From positions 8,892-72,891 of the forward strand of contig CAYWBO010000003.1 of the NCBI GenBank assembly GCA_964456625.1: a DNA stretch of 64,000 bases, in the 5' to 3' direction. The position numbers were made by a program, and so were the translations under genes. This DNA is from an uncultured Lentimicrobiaceae bacterium (GTDB lineage Bacteria > Bacteroidota > Bacteroidia > Bacteroidales > F082). The notes beneath the pieces were generated by a model. The model was not told where the DNA came from, ran no database searches, and worked only from the letters and a program-made list of their open reading frames with translations. Positions 29,378 through 39,993 of this stretch are shown one piece after another; the first letter of the stretch is position 1, and each line of letters opens with the position of its first letter.

Positions 29378-30673
29378 ATGATAGTTGAAGTTAAAGTTCC
29401 GAGTCCGGGAGAATCCATCAGTGAGGTTCAATTGGCAAACTGGCTGGTCGAAGACGGCCAGCAGGTTGAAAAGGACCAGGACATTGTAGAGATTGATTCC
29501 GACAAGGCTACCCTGAGCATTGTGGCCGAAGAAAGCGGGAAGATCAAATTCCAGGCCGCAGAAGGCGATACCCTGGCCGTGGGATCTGTTATTGCTACGA
29601 TCGACACGGAAGCGGCCGGTACGGTGGTAAAAAAAGAAAAGACTCAGGAAAAAGCGGAAAAACCTGCCGAAGAAAAACCGACCCCCAAAGCGGAAACCAG
29701 AGCGCCGGTTGAGCCTCAGAAAAAAGAATCGGTTCCTGCAAAGAAAGCAGCTCCAGCCGAAGTGGAACTCACTGTTTCGCCGCTGGCAAGAAAGATCATG
29801 AAACAGGAAGGCGTTTCGGATCAGGAATTGCTGGACTTTTTTAAGCATTATCGTTTCGGAAAAGAAGACGTTCAGTTTTATCTTGAAAACAAAGGAAATG
29901 TTAAGCCACCTCAGCCTCCGACTGTAACCAGCTGGCCGGGGGGACGAGAAACGGCGCATGTAAAAATGAGTATGCTGCGAAAGAAACTGGCCCAGAGGCT
30001 GGTTTCGGTAAAGAACGAAACCGCCATGTTGACCACCTTTAACGAGGTAAACATGACACCGATCATGGAAATCCGCAAAAAGTATAAAGAGGCCTTTCAG
30101 AAGAAACACGATGTGGGCCTGGGCTTCATGTCGTTTTTCACCAAAGCCGTTACGGAAGCACTCAAACTGTTTCCACAGGTGAACTCCCAGATTTCCGGCG
30201 ATGAATTCATTTCCTTTAAATATGTGGATGTCAGCATCGCGGTAAGTGCCCCCAAAGGATTGGTGGTTCCTGTGATTCGCAATGCCGAGCTGATGAGTCT
30301 GGCTGAGATTGAAATGGCCATCAAGGAGCTGGCCACCAAAGCCCGCGACAACAAAATTACGCTGGAAGACATGGAAGGCGGCACTTTTACCATTTCCAAC
30401 GGAGGGGTTTTCGGTTCGATGATGTCCACTCCTATCATTAACCCGCCGCAAAGTGCCATCCTGGGGATGCACAACATTGTGGAGCGTCCCATTGCCGTGA
30501 ACGGCAAAGTGGAGATCCACCCGATGATGTATGTGGCATTGTCTTACGATCACAGGATCATTGACGGCCGGGAATCAGTCAGTTTCCTCGTCAAAGTCAA
30601 AGAGATGCTGGAACACCCCGAAAGGATGCTTTTTGAAGCGAAAGATCCGGTAGAGACATTATTAGGATTATAA
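29378..30673 (+). CDS. sucB: Dihydrolipoyllysine-residue succinyltransferase (E2 of 2-oxoglutarate dehydrogenase)
   Basis: 431 aa with a lipoyl domain ([11 protein letters not shown]), an Ala/Pro/Lys-rich linker, a subunit-binding domain and the catalytic motif DHRIIDGRE. Confidence 0.92.
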   Translation: MIVEVKVPSPGESISEVQLANWLVEDGQQVEKDQDIVEIDSDKATLSIVAEESGKIKFQAAEGDTLAVGSVIATIDTEAAGTVVKKEKTQEKAEKPAEEKPTPKAETRAPVEPQKKESVPAKKAAPAEVELTVSPLARKIMKQEGVSDQELLDFFKHYRFGKEDVQFYLENKGNVKPPQPPTVTSWPGGRETAHVKMSMLRKKLAQRLVSVKNETAMLTTFNEVNMTPIMEIRKKYKEAFQKKHDVGLGFMSFFTKAVTEALKLFPQVNSQISGDEFISFKYVDVSIAVSAPKGLVVPVIRNAELMSLAEIEMAIKELATKARDNKITLEDMEGGTFTISNGGVFGSMMSTPIINPPQSAILGMHNIVERPIAVNGKVEIHPMMYVALSYDHRIIDGRESVSFLVKVKEMLEHPERMLFEAKDPVETLLGL

Positions 30674-30682
30674 AATAAAAAA

Positions 30683-30711
30683 GCCCCGACATTTATTTGC
30701 CGGGGTTTTTT
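30683..30711. terminator. Bidirectional terminator between sucB and the serine hydrolase gene
   Basis: Stem ccccg/cgggg with an A-run on the left and a T-run on the right. Confidence 0.65.
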
Positions 30712-30730
30712 ATGGTTTTCAGGCGAAAGC

Positions 30731-32068
30731 CTAATTCTTGAAAGCTGCCAGAATAGAAGTAACGAACTTGTTGAAATCGAACTGACCTTTAGAATTCAAT
30801 CCCATTCTTACAATAACCAGATCTTTTGACGGGATGATGAACACCCGTTGTCCGTGAAATCCATCGCAATAATAAATGTCAGGATAGCCTTTTATTTCTT
30901 GCGTTCCCTTGTTCAGCCAGAACTGGGCTCCGTATTGGTCATGGGATTTACGGGCCGGCGTGGTAACATATTTCACCCATCCTTTTGGCAGGATCTGTTT
31001 CCCTTGCCAGGTGCCGTTTTGCAGGTACAATAGTCCGAATCGCGCCCAGTCGCGCGGGGTAGCAAAACAATAGGAGGACCCGACGAAATTTCCGCTGGCA
31101 TCGGTTTCCAACACGGCACTGCGCATTCCGATCTTGTTAAAAAGTGCTTTCCGTGGAAAATTCCAGTATTCCTGATTGTTGCCGATGGTGCGACGGATAA
31201 TTTCCGAGATCACATTGGTATTTCCCGAAGAGTAATACCATACGGAATCAGGTGGATAAACGGCCGGTTTGTTGATCACAAATTTTGCCATGTTGGCCCT
31301 GTGATAAAGCATCACCGTAACATCCGAAATATCACCGTAATTTTCGTCCCATTGCAGGCCGCTGCTTTGATGTAGCAGATCTTCCAGCCGGATATTTTTC
31401 CTTGAATCGGTTGCCCATTCCTTAATAGGTGCAGGAGCCTCTACATTCAGTTTGCCCTCCTTTACCAAAATGCCGATGAGCGAACAGGTGATGCTTTTCG
31501 TCATGGACCAGCCCAGAATTCGGGTGTTTTTGTCAAATCCCTTGGCGTATTTATCTCTCATAAAAACGGTGTCGTAAGCCACGACGACTGCCCTTGTATT
31601 GCCTTGGTTGAACGCGGAGTCCATGGCGGCATTCAATTTCTGCAAGTCCACACCGGGAGGGTTTGTATTGCGCATTTTGTTACCCATGGGCCAGTAAAGC
31701 GAATCCGGGTCCGTCGGCAGAATGGGCTCCGTCATTTTTTGTTTCATAACAGAATCCGGATTGGCGTCTGCCAGCAGCGTACAACCCAAACCGGGGCGAT
31801 AGACAGCAATCTGTTTTGCCATGCCAAGAAACGTGCTTACTACTTCTTTTTTCTCGGGATAAATTACGTTATGTGAAAGATTTACAGGGAAGAAGCTCAG
31901 ATCGTGTTTTTCGATATCAGCTTGTGTACGATGGGTCAGGAATGTCCAGGAGGCCAGATCTTTGGCCGCATATCCTGTAAAAATCGGTGCCCGGGCAATG
32001 AAATAATTGGCCCCGTAAGCAATCCCTCCTAAAACGATCAGGATGACAATGTATTTTACTTTTTTCAT
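30731..32068 (-). CDS. Serine hydrolase (beta-lactamase/transpeptidase-like family)
   Basis: 445 aa with an N-terminal TM/signal segment and an SxxK motif (SMTKS). Confidence 0.82.
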   Translation of the reverse strand: MKKVKYIVILIVLGGIAYGANYFIARAPIFTGYAAKDLASWTFLTHRTQADIEKHDLSFFPVNLSHNVIYPEKKEVVSTFLGMAKQIAVYRPGLGCTLLADANPDSVMKQKMTEPILPTDPDSLYWPMGNKMRNTNPPGVDLQKLNAAMDSAFNQGNTRAVVVAYDTVFMRDKYAKGFDKNTRILGWSMTKSITCSLIGILVKEGKLNVEAPAPIKEWATDSRKNIRLEDLLHQSSGLQWDENYGDISDVTVMLYHRANMAKFVINKPAVYPPDSVWYYSSGNTNVISEIIRRTIGNNQEYWNFPRKALFNKIGMRSAVLETDASGNFVGSSYCFATPRDWARFGLLYLQNGTWQGKQILPKGWVKYVTTPARKSHDQYGAQFWLNKGTQEIKGYPDIYYCDGFHGQRVFIIPSKDLVIVRMGLNSKGQFDFNKFVTSILAAFKN

Positions 32069-32225
32069 GGCAGGTTAAAAATGAAGCGTTTATAAGTCAA
32101 ATATATTAAAATATCCTTTTGGACGGTACGGAAGCGGATCGTCAATTTTGGCGCACGAAAAGCAAGATAAAGCGAAATCGAAAGTTGAATTGACCTACCT
32201 TTGCGGAGTAATAATATTGCATAAC

Positions 32226-33788
32226 ATGCAAAGAAAAGTTGATTTTTTGGTTATCGGCTCCGGAAGTGCAGGATTGATTTATGCACTGAAGGTAGCTGAG
32301 TTTGGCAAAGTACTGATTCTTACAAAATCGACGGTGGAAAACACCGCTACGGCTTATGCCCAGGGTGGTATCGCGGCGGTAATGTATTCCCCCGACAATT
32401 ATGAAAAGCACATTCAGGATACGCTGGTTGCCGGCGGCGGCATCAACGATAAAGAAATCGTGCGCATCACCATTACTGAATCCACGGTGCGTATTAAAGA
32501 GCTAATCGAATGGGGAACCAATTTTGATAAAGATACCTCAGGAAAATACGTGCTGGCAAGGGAAGGGGGGCACTCCGAGTCACGCATATTGCATCATCGT
32601 GATAACACGGGATTTGAGATTCAGCGAGCGCTGAGCGCCCGGGCTATGAGACACCCCAACATTGAAATCCTGGAAAATTACTTTACCATCGACCTGATAA
32701 CCCAGCACCATCTGAATGAAGAGGTGACCCGCCGCCGTCCGGACATCAAATGTTTCGGGGCATATGCCTTGAATAAGGAAACCAATCAGGTGGAAACCAT
32801 ATTGGCGAAGACTACATTGATTGCTACGGGTGGGATGGGCAACATTTATCAGACAACGACGAACCCGCTGGTTTCTACAGGTGACGGACTGGCTATGGCC
32901 TACAGGGCGAAAGCACATCTTGAGCACCTTGAATTTGTTCAGTTTCACCCGACTTCTTTGTATAATCCGGGTGAAAGGCCTTCGTTTTTAATTACGGAAG
33001 CTTTACGGGGCTCCGGTGCGATATTGAAGACCCGGGACGGGAAGGAATTCATGGAAAAATACCACGAACTGGGTTCTCTTGCTCCGCGTGACATTGTGGC
33101 CCGTGCCATCGACAACGAGATGAAGCTTTCGGGGGATGACTTTGTGTATCTGGATGCCCGGAGTATCAGCAAAAATGAAATCATTTCACATTTCCCGACC
33201 ATCTATGCAAAATGTCTTAGCATCGGTCTGGATATTACAAAAGAAATGATCCCGGTGGTTCCGGCAGCGCATTACGCCTGTGGAGGGGTCAAGACTGACA
33301 AAGACGGCAGAACGTCCATCAAGAATCTTTATGCTGCCGGAGAAGCTGCCTGTACCGGGCTGCATGGTGCCAACAGGCTGGCATCAAACTCCCTGTTGGA
33401 ATCGGCCGTATTTTCGCACCGGGCTGCATTAGATGCTTCCGATGTGGCAAAAGACACAGGATTTATGGATAACGTTCCCGACTGGGATGCGGAAGGAAGG
33501 GTACTGAATGAGGAAATGATCCTGATCACACAATCCAAAAAGGAACTGCAGGGCATCATGAGCAATTATGTGGGTATCGTTCGCTCGAATCTGCGTTTGC
33601 AAAGGGCCATGGACCGCCTGGAGATCCTTTACCGGGAAACGGAAGATCTGTATGAGAAATCCATTGTTTCCAAAGATATTTGTGAATTGCGCAACATGAT
33701 CAACGTGTCTTATCTGGTCATCAAAATGGCGATGAACCGGAAAGAAAGCATCGGGTTGCACTATTCGATTGATTATCCTAATAAATAG
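32226..33788 (+). CDS. nadB: L-aspartate oxidase
   Basis: FAD motif DFLVIGSGSAGL. The start is set at the ATG at 32226, 22 nt after a TACCTTTG motif (32196-32203); the track start at 32148 lies upstream of that promoter motif. Confidence 0.9.
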   Translation: MQRKVDFLVIGSGSAGLIYALKVAEFGKVLILTKSTVENTATAYAQGGIAAVMYSPDNYEKHIQDTLVAGGGINDKEIVRITITESTVRIKELIEWGTNFDKDTSGKYVLAREGGHSESRILHHRDNTGFEIQRALSARAMRHPNIEILENYFTIDLITQHHLNEEVTRRRPDIKCFGAYALNKETNQVETILAKTTLIATGGMGNIYQTTTNPLVSTGDGLAMAYRAKAHLEHLEFVQFHPTSLYNPGERPSFLITEALRGSGAILKTRDGKEFMEKYHELGSLAPRDIVARAIDNEMKLSGDDFVYLDARSISKNEIISHFPTIYAKCLSIGLDITKEMIPVVPAAHYACGGVKTDKDGRTSIKNLYAAGEAACTGLHGANRLASNSLLESAVFSHRAALDASDVAKDTGFMDNVPDWDAEGRVLNEEMILITQSKKELQGIMSNYVGIVRSNLRLQRAMDRLEILYRETEDLYEKSIVSKDICELRNMINVSYLVIKMAMNRKESIGLHYSIDYPNK

Positions 33789-33795
33789 TTTGAAA

Positions 33796-34311
33796 ATGGC
33801 TTTGATTAAAGAAATAAAAGGAATAAAACCCCGGTGGGGGGAAGAGTGCTACATTGCCGAGAATGCGACGCTGGTGGGCGATGTGGTTATGGGAAAAGGT
33901 TGCAGTGTTTGGTTTAACACAGTACTTCGGGGCGATGTGCATTATATTAAGATCGGTGACCACGTGAATATTCAGGATGGTGCCATCGTCCACTGCACTT
34001 ACCAGAGGTCACCGGTAAATATCGGTAACAATGTTTCCATAGGCCACGGGGCCATCATTCACGGTTGCACCATTCATGATGATGTTTTGATCGGGATGGG
34101 AGCCATCGTAATGGACGATGCGGTGATTGAAAGGAACTCCGTGATTGCTGCCGGTGCTGTTGTCGCAAAAAATACGATCGTTAAATCCGGAAGTGTATAT
34201 GCCGGAATACCGGCAAAGAAAATAAAAGAAGTGGATCAGGAGATTCTGGAACGGGATATTCATCGCATTGCCGGCAATTACAAATTTTACGCCGGCTGGT
34301 ATCAGGAATAG
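33796..34311 (+). CDS. Gamma-carbonic-anhydrase-like hexapeptide-repeat protein
   Basis: Left-handed beta-helix repeats are visible (IGDHVNIQDGAIVH, IGNNVSIGHGAIIHG). The start is set at MALIKEIKG, after the nadB stop. Confidence 0.85.
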   Translation: MALIKEIKGIKPRWGEECYIAENATLVGDVVMGKGCSVWFNTVLRGDVHYIKIGDHVNIQDGAIVHCTYQRSPVNIGNNVSIGHGAIIHGCTIHDDVLIGMGAIVMDDAVIERNSVIAAGAVVAKNTIVKSGSVYAGIPAKKIKEVDQEILERDIHRIAGNYKFYAGWYQE

Positions 34312-34325
34312 ATAGAATCCGGCTT

Positions 34326-34365
34326 AAAAACAAAAAGCCTGACCATGGTCAGGCTTTTTGTTTTT
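34326..34365. terminator. Bidirectional terminator
   Basis: Stem agcctgacc/ggtcaggct flanked by an A-run and a T-run. Confidence 0.75.
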
Positions 34366-34378
34366 ACAGTCTTTCAAA

Positions 34379-34894
34379 TTATTTAAGACCTAATTTTTTC
34401 TTTACTAATGGAGTCACATCGTCTCCATTGTAATATAATACTAAGCCCTGAGAAACGTCAAGAATATACGTATAATGATATTCTTTGCCGACAGCATCGA
34501 TAGCATCCTTTACTTTCTTGATGATGGGCTGGTAAAGTGCCTGTTGTTTTTGCTGAATTGCGTCTTGGGCAGAGCTCTGGAAAGCCTGAATACGCTGCTG
34601 TAAGTCGCCAATTTCTTTTTCTTTGGTTTGACGGATCAGGTCAGACATAGTGCCTACATTATTTTGGTAAGCCTGTACCTTATTTTTGTACTCCTGGCCC
34701 ATAGTCTGCAGCTGAGACTGCATGGTCTGTTCAAATTGTTTAAGTTTAACTTGTGCTGTGTCCGTCTCTGGCATTTCATTCATTAGTTTGCCTGAGTCAA
34801 TATAGCCGATTTTAAGTGTTCCCTGGGCAAATCCAGCGCCTGCAAATAAAAGTGCTACCGCTAAAAGCAAAAATCCTTTTCTAATTGTTTTCAT
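34379..34894 (-). CDS. OmpH/Skp-family periplasmic chaperone
   Basis: 171 aa with a signal peptide and a Gln/Lys-rich coiled coil, located downstream of bamA. Confidence 0.85.
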   Translation of the reverse strand: MKTIRKGFLLLAVALLFAGAGFAQGTLKIGYIDSGKLMNEMPETDTAQVKLKQFEQTMQSQLQTMGQEYKNKVQAYQNNVGTMSDLIRQTKEKEIGDLQQRIQAFQSSAQDAIQQKQQALYQPIIKKVKDAIDAVGKEYHYTYILDVSQGLVLYYNGDDVTPLVKKKLGLK

Positions 34895-35099
34895 TTAAAT
34901 TATTATTTATTAATAGATTATCCAAATTCCAAAGCACAAATGTAAAAAATTTTTTAGTTGTGAAAGATCATAAAAAACCTTAAATGTACGACACTACAGA
35001 AGTGTTTTTTTTCAGAAATTTTGTTTTGGTTTCTGTCTCAGGCGTATATTTTCACATTTTGTGATCCAACGGTTTTCCCAGACGCCGTCCTAGCTGGTT

Positions 35100-35663
35100 T
35101 TATTTGCGTTGTGCCGGCGTGGCGGTTTGCATTACTTTCCCCACTTCATCGAGTACTGCATCGCTGATATCGTATTTGGGATTACCATAGATCAGAGTTG
35201 GGCTGCTGGCCTTGTCGAACACAAAGTCAATATTTTCATTGTTGGCAACAGTTTGTATGGCATTATAGACTTTTTCCTGGATGGGGCCGACAAGTTCCTG
35301 GCGTTTCTTGAAAAGTTCACCATCAGGACCGAAATATTTTTTTTGCAATACTGTGACTTCCTGGTTTGCTTTTTCGATTTCTGTCTGTCTGCTTTTCCTC
35401 ACATCCGCAGGAAGCAGGATTGACTCTGCCTGGAATTTTTGAACCATCTGCTGCACCTGTTGATGTTTTTCTGCAATTTCTTTCTGCCATTTTGCTGAGA
35501 GGCTATTGAGCGTTTCCTGGGCATCGTTGTATTCGGGTATGTTATTCAGGATGTACTGTGAATCGATAAAAGCTTCCTTTTGGGCGAAAGCCCGGGTCGA
35601 GATCCCGGTCAGCATCAAAACAAAAGCAACGGTAAGAAGCTTTTGGAAATTTATATTTTTCAT
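35100..35663 (-). CDS. OmpH/Skp-family periplasmic chaperone (second copy)
   Basis: The start is set at MKNINFQKLL (signal peptide). The coiled-coil composition matches the neighbouring copy. Confidence 0.8.
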   Translation of the reverse strand: MKNINFQKLLTVAFVLMLTGISTRAFAQKEAFIDSQYILNNIPEYNDAQETLNSLSAKWQKEIAEKHQQVQQMVQKFQAESILLPADVRKSRQTEIEKANQEVTVLQKKYFGPDGELFKKRQELVGPIQEKVYNAIQTVANNENIDFVFDKASSPTLIYGNPKYDISDAVLDEVGKVMQTATPAQRK

Positions 35664-35798
35664 AACATGATATTTATCAATTTTCTTCTGCAGGCTAAAA
35701 CACAAAAATACAACAAGAAAGTCAGATTTTAAAATTAACAAAAGAGCCTTGTCATAAAGAAACGACAAGGCTCCTGAATTTATTCTTATGACGGATTA

Positions 35799-38483
35799 TT
35801 AATCCAACGAGTTGTTCATAGAGAAGCTAAACTGGCTCTTATTTGCAGAGGGCAGTCCCGGAATCGGGTCAAATCCGTAACCCCAGTCAAGGCCTAGCAT
35901 CCCGAACATCGGCAGATAGATTCTGGCACCAATACCGGCAGCCCGTTTCACGTTGAACGGATCGAAATTGCTGGTCCCCAGCCAGTCGTTTCCTGCTTCA
36001 AAGAACGCCTGTACATAAATGGTGGAAGTCGGTGCCAGTGAAACAGGATAACGTAGTTCCAGTGTATAACGGGCAAAGATGGTTCCCCCAATGTTCTGGT
36101 TGCTGTAGTACATGGGTGTAATAGACTGATCGGAATATCCACGCATTGCGATGATCTCACGACCGTCGTAGTTGTAATATCCCGAGAGTCCGCTACCCCC
36201 CAGATAGAAGCGCTCAAACGGAGTTACGCCCAGTCTGTTGTTGTAGGCACCGAGGAATCCGAACCTGAGTTCAGGATGAAGGATCAGTTTACCCACAAGC
36301 GGGAGATAAAAGTCACCTTTGAATTTCCATTTGTAGTATTCGATCCATTTGTACTTCTGCTCGTCACTCATATTCGCATAATCCTTGTTCTTTGAGAACA
36401 GAGAATAGGGTGGTGTCAGCTGAAGTGAGAATGACAATTGTGAACCGCTTTCCGGGAAAATAGGCTGGCTTATAGAGTTACGACCCAAAGCAATGTTATA
36501 AGCGATGTTGTTGTACTTTCCGTTTCCGTTTCCGATGTTAAATATGCTGGCGTAATTTTCCAGGCTGTATAACTGAACATTGATGGATTGTTCCAGGGTA
36601 AAGTAATCATCAGGCCATGAAAGCCGTTTTCCCAAACCGATTGAAAAGCCATTCGTGGCAAAGCGGCTTGGCACGGTGGCATAGGTCGTCGGGTCGATTG
36701 TCCTGGTTGCAAAAATGGAATGGAAATAAGAAACAGTCAGCGAATTGGGTTTTCTGCCACCGAGCCACGGCTCAGTAAATGCAATGTTCCAGTTCATGTA
36801 ACCTGCTCCATAGGTCTGGAAATGGAGTGATAACTTCTGTCCATCGCCGGAAGGTACTGGTCTCCATGCATTCCCATGAAAGATATTCTTCAACGAGAAG
36901 TTGTTAAAGCTAAGGCCGATGGTACCGATAATACTTCCGTAACCCCAACCTCCTGAAAGTTCAATCTGGTCGGCGGAAGTTTCCTGGACTTTGTAATTGA
37001 TATCAACCGTACCGTTTGTTGGATTCGGTTTGATATCCGGCTTGATACTCTGTGCATCGAAATATTTCAGATTTGCCAGCTCACGTACCGAACGGATCAC
37101 GGCAGAGCGGTTGAACAGCTGTCCCGGCATGGTTCTGAGTTCACGGATCGCCACATGGTCGTTGGTTTTCGTGTTCCCGGAAATGGTTACTTTATTAATT
37201 CGAGCCTGTTTTCCTTCGTGGATTCTGATTTCCAGATCAATGGAATCGTTTCCTACGTAAGTTTCTACCGGTGTGGCATTGAAGAACAGATAGCCGTTGT
37301 CCATGTAAAGACTACTTACGTCATATCCTTTATCGTTATAATCCAGATTGGTTTCCAGCAATTTTTTATTGTAAACGTCGCCTGGTTTAATGCCCAGTAC
37401 TTCACTCAGGAATTTAGAGGGATAAACGGTATTGCCCACCCAGGTGATCTTCCGGTAGTAATACTTCGGTCCTTCATACAGGTAAAGATTAATACCGAGA
37501 CGGTCGTGTTTTGTTTTATAAACGGAATCCCTCATCACCTGTGCATCACGGTAACCTTCTTTGTTATAACTGGTCACGATGCTGGCCAGGTCGTCGTTGA
37601 ATTTAGATTCGACAAATTTGGATGCCTTAAAAATCCTGGGGTTATAATTTTTCAAAAAGTAGTTGAGCACTTCGTCGCTGAGCTTATGAAAACGCAGTGT
37701 GAAAAGGTCCCCGGTTACATCAACAACCAAGGGTCCCAAAGGTTTCAACGGAGTAAGACGCCCCATTTCCTTTGTGTTTTTCATGGCCTTTTTCACCTGC
37801 TCTGCCGTGAAGGCCTTGTTCCCATAAATATTAATCTGGGCAATTTTAACCCTTGCGTTTTTCCTGACATGGATGTTGAGGTTCACCAGATGGCTGCTGC
37901 CGGTACGGGAACCTGCTTTGCTTTCCGTGATGTTGACATCGGTATTCAGGAATCCTTTGCTTCTGTAATAATCTTTGATGATGCGTGCCGTCCTTGTAAG
38001 CAGGTGGTTGGTAACCACATCGCCACGGGTAAGGTTGATTTTATCTTTTAAGTCGGATTGCGCCGATTTTTTGATCCCGGAGAACGTATATTGCGCCAGC
38101 CTGGGTTTTTCATCCAGGTAAATGTTGAGGTATATGGTATCACTCACGACTTTTGTAGCCGAAATGCGGATGTCGTCAAAAAGCCCTTGCTTCCATAATT
38201 TCCTGATGGCATCGGTGACATCATCGCCGGGTACCCGGATAGATTTACCAACTTCCAGATCGGAAAGCATGATGACGACCGATTTGTCGATATAACTGTT
38301 CCCTGAAACGGTAACGCCACCCAGAATATAAGCCTGCGGGTTGCTGTAACTCAGGTTAAGTGATTGTAAACCATTACCATTGGATGTATCCTGGGCTTTC
38401 ACTCCGGGAATTGTTAGGAGCGTACCAATAAAAAGTAAAAGCCAAAACCGGCTCTTTGTACTAATCTTCATTCCGTTCTTCAA
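35799..38483 (-). CDS. bamA: Outer membrane protein assembly factor BamA
   Basis: 894 aa with a signal peptide, POTRA repeats and a C-terminal beta-barrel. The start may instead be the second ATG at 38471. Confidence 0.92.
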   Translation of the reverse strand: MKNGMKISTKSRFWLLLFIGTLLTIPGVKAQDTSNGNGLQSLNLSYSNPQAYILGGVTVSGNSYIDKSVVIMLSDLEVGKSIRVPGDDVTDAIRKLWKQGLFDDIRISATKVVSDTIYLNIYLDEKPRLAQYTFSGIKKSAQSDLKDKINLTRGDVVTNHLLTRTARIIKDYYRSKGFLNTDVNITESKAGSRTGSSHLVNLNIHVRKNARVKIAQINIYGNKAFTAEQVKKAMKNTKEMGRLTPLKPLGPLVVDVTGDLFTLRFHKLSDEVLNYFLKNYNPRIFKASKFVESKFNDDLASIVTSYNKEGYRDAQVMRDSVYKTKHDRLGINLYLYEGPKYYYRKITWVGNTVYPSKFLSEVLGIKPGDVYNKKLLETNLDYNDKGYDVSSLYMDNGYLFFNATPVETYVGNDSIDLEIRIHEGKQARINKVTISGNTKTNDHVAIRELRTMPGQLFNRSAVIRSVRELANLKYFDAQSIKPDIKPNPTNGTVDINYKVQETSADQIELSGGWGYGSIIGTIGLSFNNFSLKNIFHGNAWRPVPSGDGQKLSLHFQTYGAGYMNWNIAFTEPWLGGRKPNSLTVSYFHSIFATRTIDPTTYATVPSRFATNGFSIGLGKRLSWPDDYFTLEQSINVQLYSLENYASIFNIGNGNGKYNNIAYNIALGRNSISQPIFPESGSQLSFSLQLTPPYSLFSKNKDYANMSDEQKYKWIEYYKWKFKGDFYLPLVGKLILHPELRFGFLGAYNNRLGVTPFERFYLGGSGLSGYYNYDGREIIAMRGYSDQSITPMYYSNQNIGGTIFARYTLELRYPVSLAPTSTIYVQAFFEAGNDWLGTSNFDPFNVKRAAGIGARIYLPMFGMLGLDWGYGFDPIPGLPSANKSQFSFSMNNSLD

Positions 38484-39222
38484 ATTTTAATTGCTCACTT
38501 GTTAAACCAAATCTTCTTTCCCTGTTTTGGTATTCCAGGATGGCTTTGTAAAAATCATTTGCTGAAAAAGCAGGCCAGTATTTCGGAGAAAAGTACAACT
38601 CTGAGTATGCCAGCTGCCAAAGTAAAAAATTACTGATGCGCTGTTCGCCGCTTGTCCTGATAATCAATTCGGGTTCCGGCATGTTGGCGGTTGTCAGATA
38701 ACCTGAAAACATATTGTCGTTCAAGTTTTCCGAAGTTACTTTTCCGTTTTTATAGTCTTCACAAATCTTTTTCACCGCATTCACAATCTCCCACCGTCCA
38801 CTATAACTTATTGCCAAAGTAAGTGTCATTTTATCATTGTGGCTGGTTTGTTCGATGGTGCTCAACAATTTTTTCCGGTTTTTCTCCGGAAGACTGTCGA
38901 TATCGCCGATAGCAAAAAGACGTATGTTGTTATTGTTCAGTGTGGGAATTTCTTTTTCGATGGTTTCCAGAAACAGTTCCATGAGTGCATCCACTTCTTC
39001 CTTTGGACGGTTCCAGTTTTCGGTAGAAAAAGTATACAATGTCAGGTATTTGATGCCCAGCTCTGCTGCTGCTTCCATGATCTTACGAACGGCATCTACC
39101 CCCTTATGATGTCCGAAAACGCGATCTTTCCCATGCTGATGGGCCCACCGTCCGTTTCCATCCATAACGATGGCAACATGCTTCGGCAGTTTTTCTTTAT
39201 TGATGCGATTCAGATATCTCAT
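38461..39222 (-). CDS. uppS: Isoprenyl transferase (undecaprenyl diphosphate synthase)
   Basis: 253 aa with the motifs HVAIVMDGNGRWA and RTSGEQRISNFLLWQ. Confidence 0.93.
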   Translation of the reverse strand: MRYLNRINKEKLPKHVAIVMDGNGRWAHQHGKDRVFGHHKGVDAVRKIMEAAAELGIKYLTLYTFSTENWNRPKEEVDALMELFLETIEKEIPTLNNNNIRLFAIGDIDSLPEKNRKKLLSTIEQTSHNDKMTLTLAISYSGRWEIVNAVKKICEDYKNGKVTSENLNDNMFSGYLTTANMPEPELIIRTSGEQRISNFLLWQLAYSELYFSPKYWPAFSANDFYKAILEYQNRERRFGLTSEQLKFEERNED

Positions 39223-39229
39223 TTCTTAA

Positions 39230-39931
39230 TTACCACGTTAAAGTTTTGCAGCTCATTCCGCTCGCCAGGTCAATTTTGTATGTTATGCTGGCCACCGTGA
39301 AGTTGTACCAGTCTTTTGAATTCAAATTTGTGGCGTAGGGATAGCTTACATTATCCAGATTGTCGGTAAGCGTTTTTCTCATACCCCATTCGGCTGCCAG
39401 TCCTATTTTTTTCGTCACACTGTATTTAAATCCGAACCCAAAAAGCATTGCCGGGCTGATGCCATTGTAATGGCTTAAATTAGTGTCTTTATAAGCGCTG
39501 CCATGATAACGGAAGAGTCCGCCTCCGCCCATAATATATGGAGTAAAACGGTGCATACTGCTTCCGGTTTCATATTCCCAGAAGTTAAATTCCCCGGTCA
39601 CGGCTATCTCATCAATATCGGTTGAAAAATTCACTCCCATTGTGGTGCTATTATCCGGAGCCGGAACATAACCGGATCCCGAAATCGTTCCATGAGAAAA
39701 GGAAGCCTTCACCGCCCATCGGTCATTGAGATTATATCTTGCCAGTAAACCATAAGTTGCCTGCGGCTTCACAAACGGTTTCCCGGGATTGACGTCACCA
39801 TTGTAATAAGCCACACCGCCCAGAATTCCCGCCTCAACAGATTGCTGAGCCTGCAATTCAAGCGGAAAGACCATCCCTACCAACACAATAATAGCAATGA
39901 AAGAACATTGCTTTTGGTAACCATCTTTCAT
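39230..39931 (-). CDS. Small outer-membrane beta-barrel protein of unknown function
   Basis: It has a signal peptide, alternating beta-strand pattern and aromatic-rich strands. The start is chosen at MKDGYQK because the track start overlaps nadK. Confidence 0.6.
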   Translation of the reverse strand: MKDGYQKQCSFIAIIVLVGMVFPLELQAQQSVEAGILGGVAYYNGDVNPGKPFVKPQATYGLLARYNLNDRWAVKASFSHGTISGSGYVPAPDNSTTMGVNFSTDIDEIAVTGEFNFWEYETGSSMHRFTPYIMGGGGLFRYHGSAYKDTNLSHYNGISPAMLFGFGFKYSVTKKIGLAAEWGMRKTLTDNLDNVSYPYATNLNSKDWYNFTVASITYKIDLASGMSCKTLTW

Positions 39932-39993
39932 AGACCGACGCTTGTCCCTGATTTTGAGCGGCAAATTTATCATTTTTTTAACAATTCTGACTT

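Noticed and set aside
29183-30553. 456-aa ORF on the minus strand
   Set aside because: It lies entirely antisense to sucA/sucB, whose products have clear E1/E2 motifs. Its translation is low-complexity (Arg/Phe/His/Gly-rich) with no recognisable domain, which is typical of a shadow ORF.
37155-38051. 298-aa plus-strand ORF
   Set aside because: It is antisense to bamA, whose product is unambiguous, so it is a shadow ORF.
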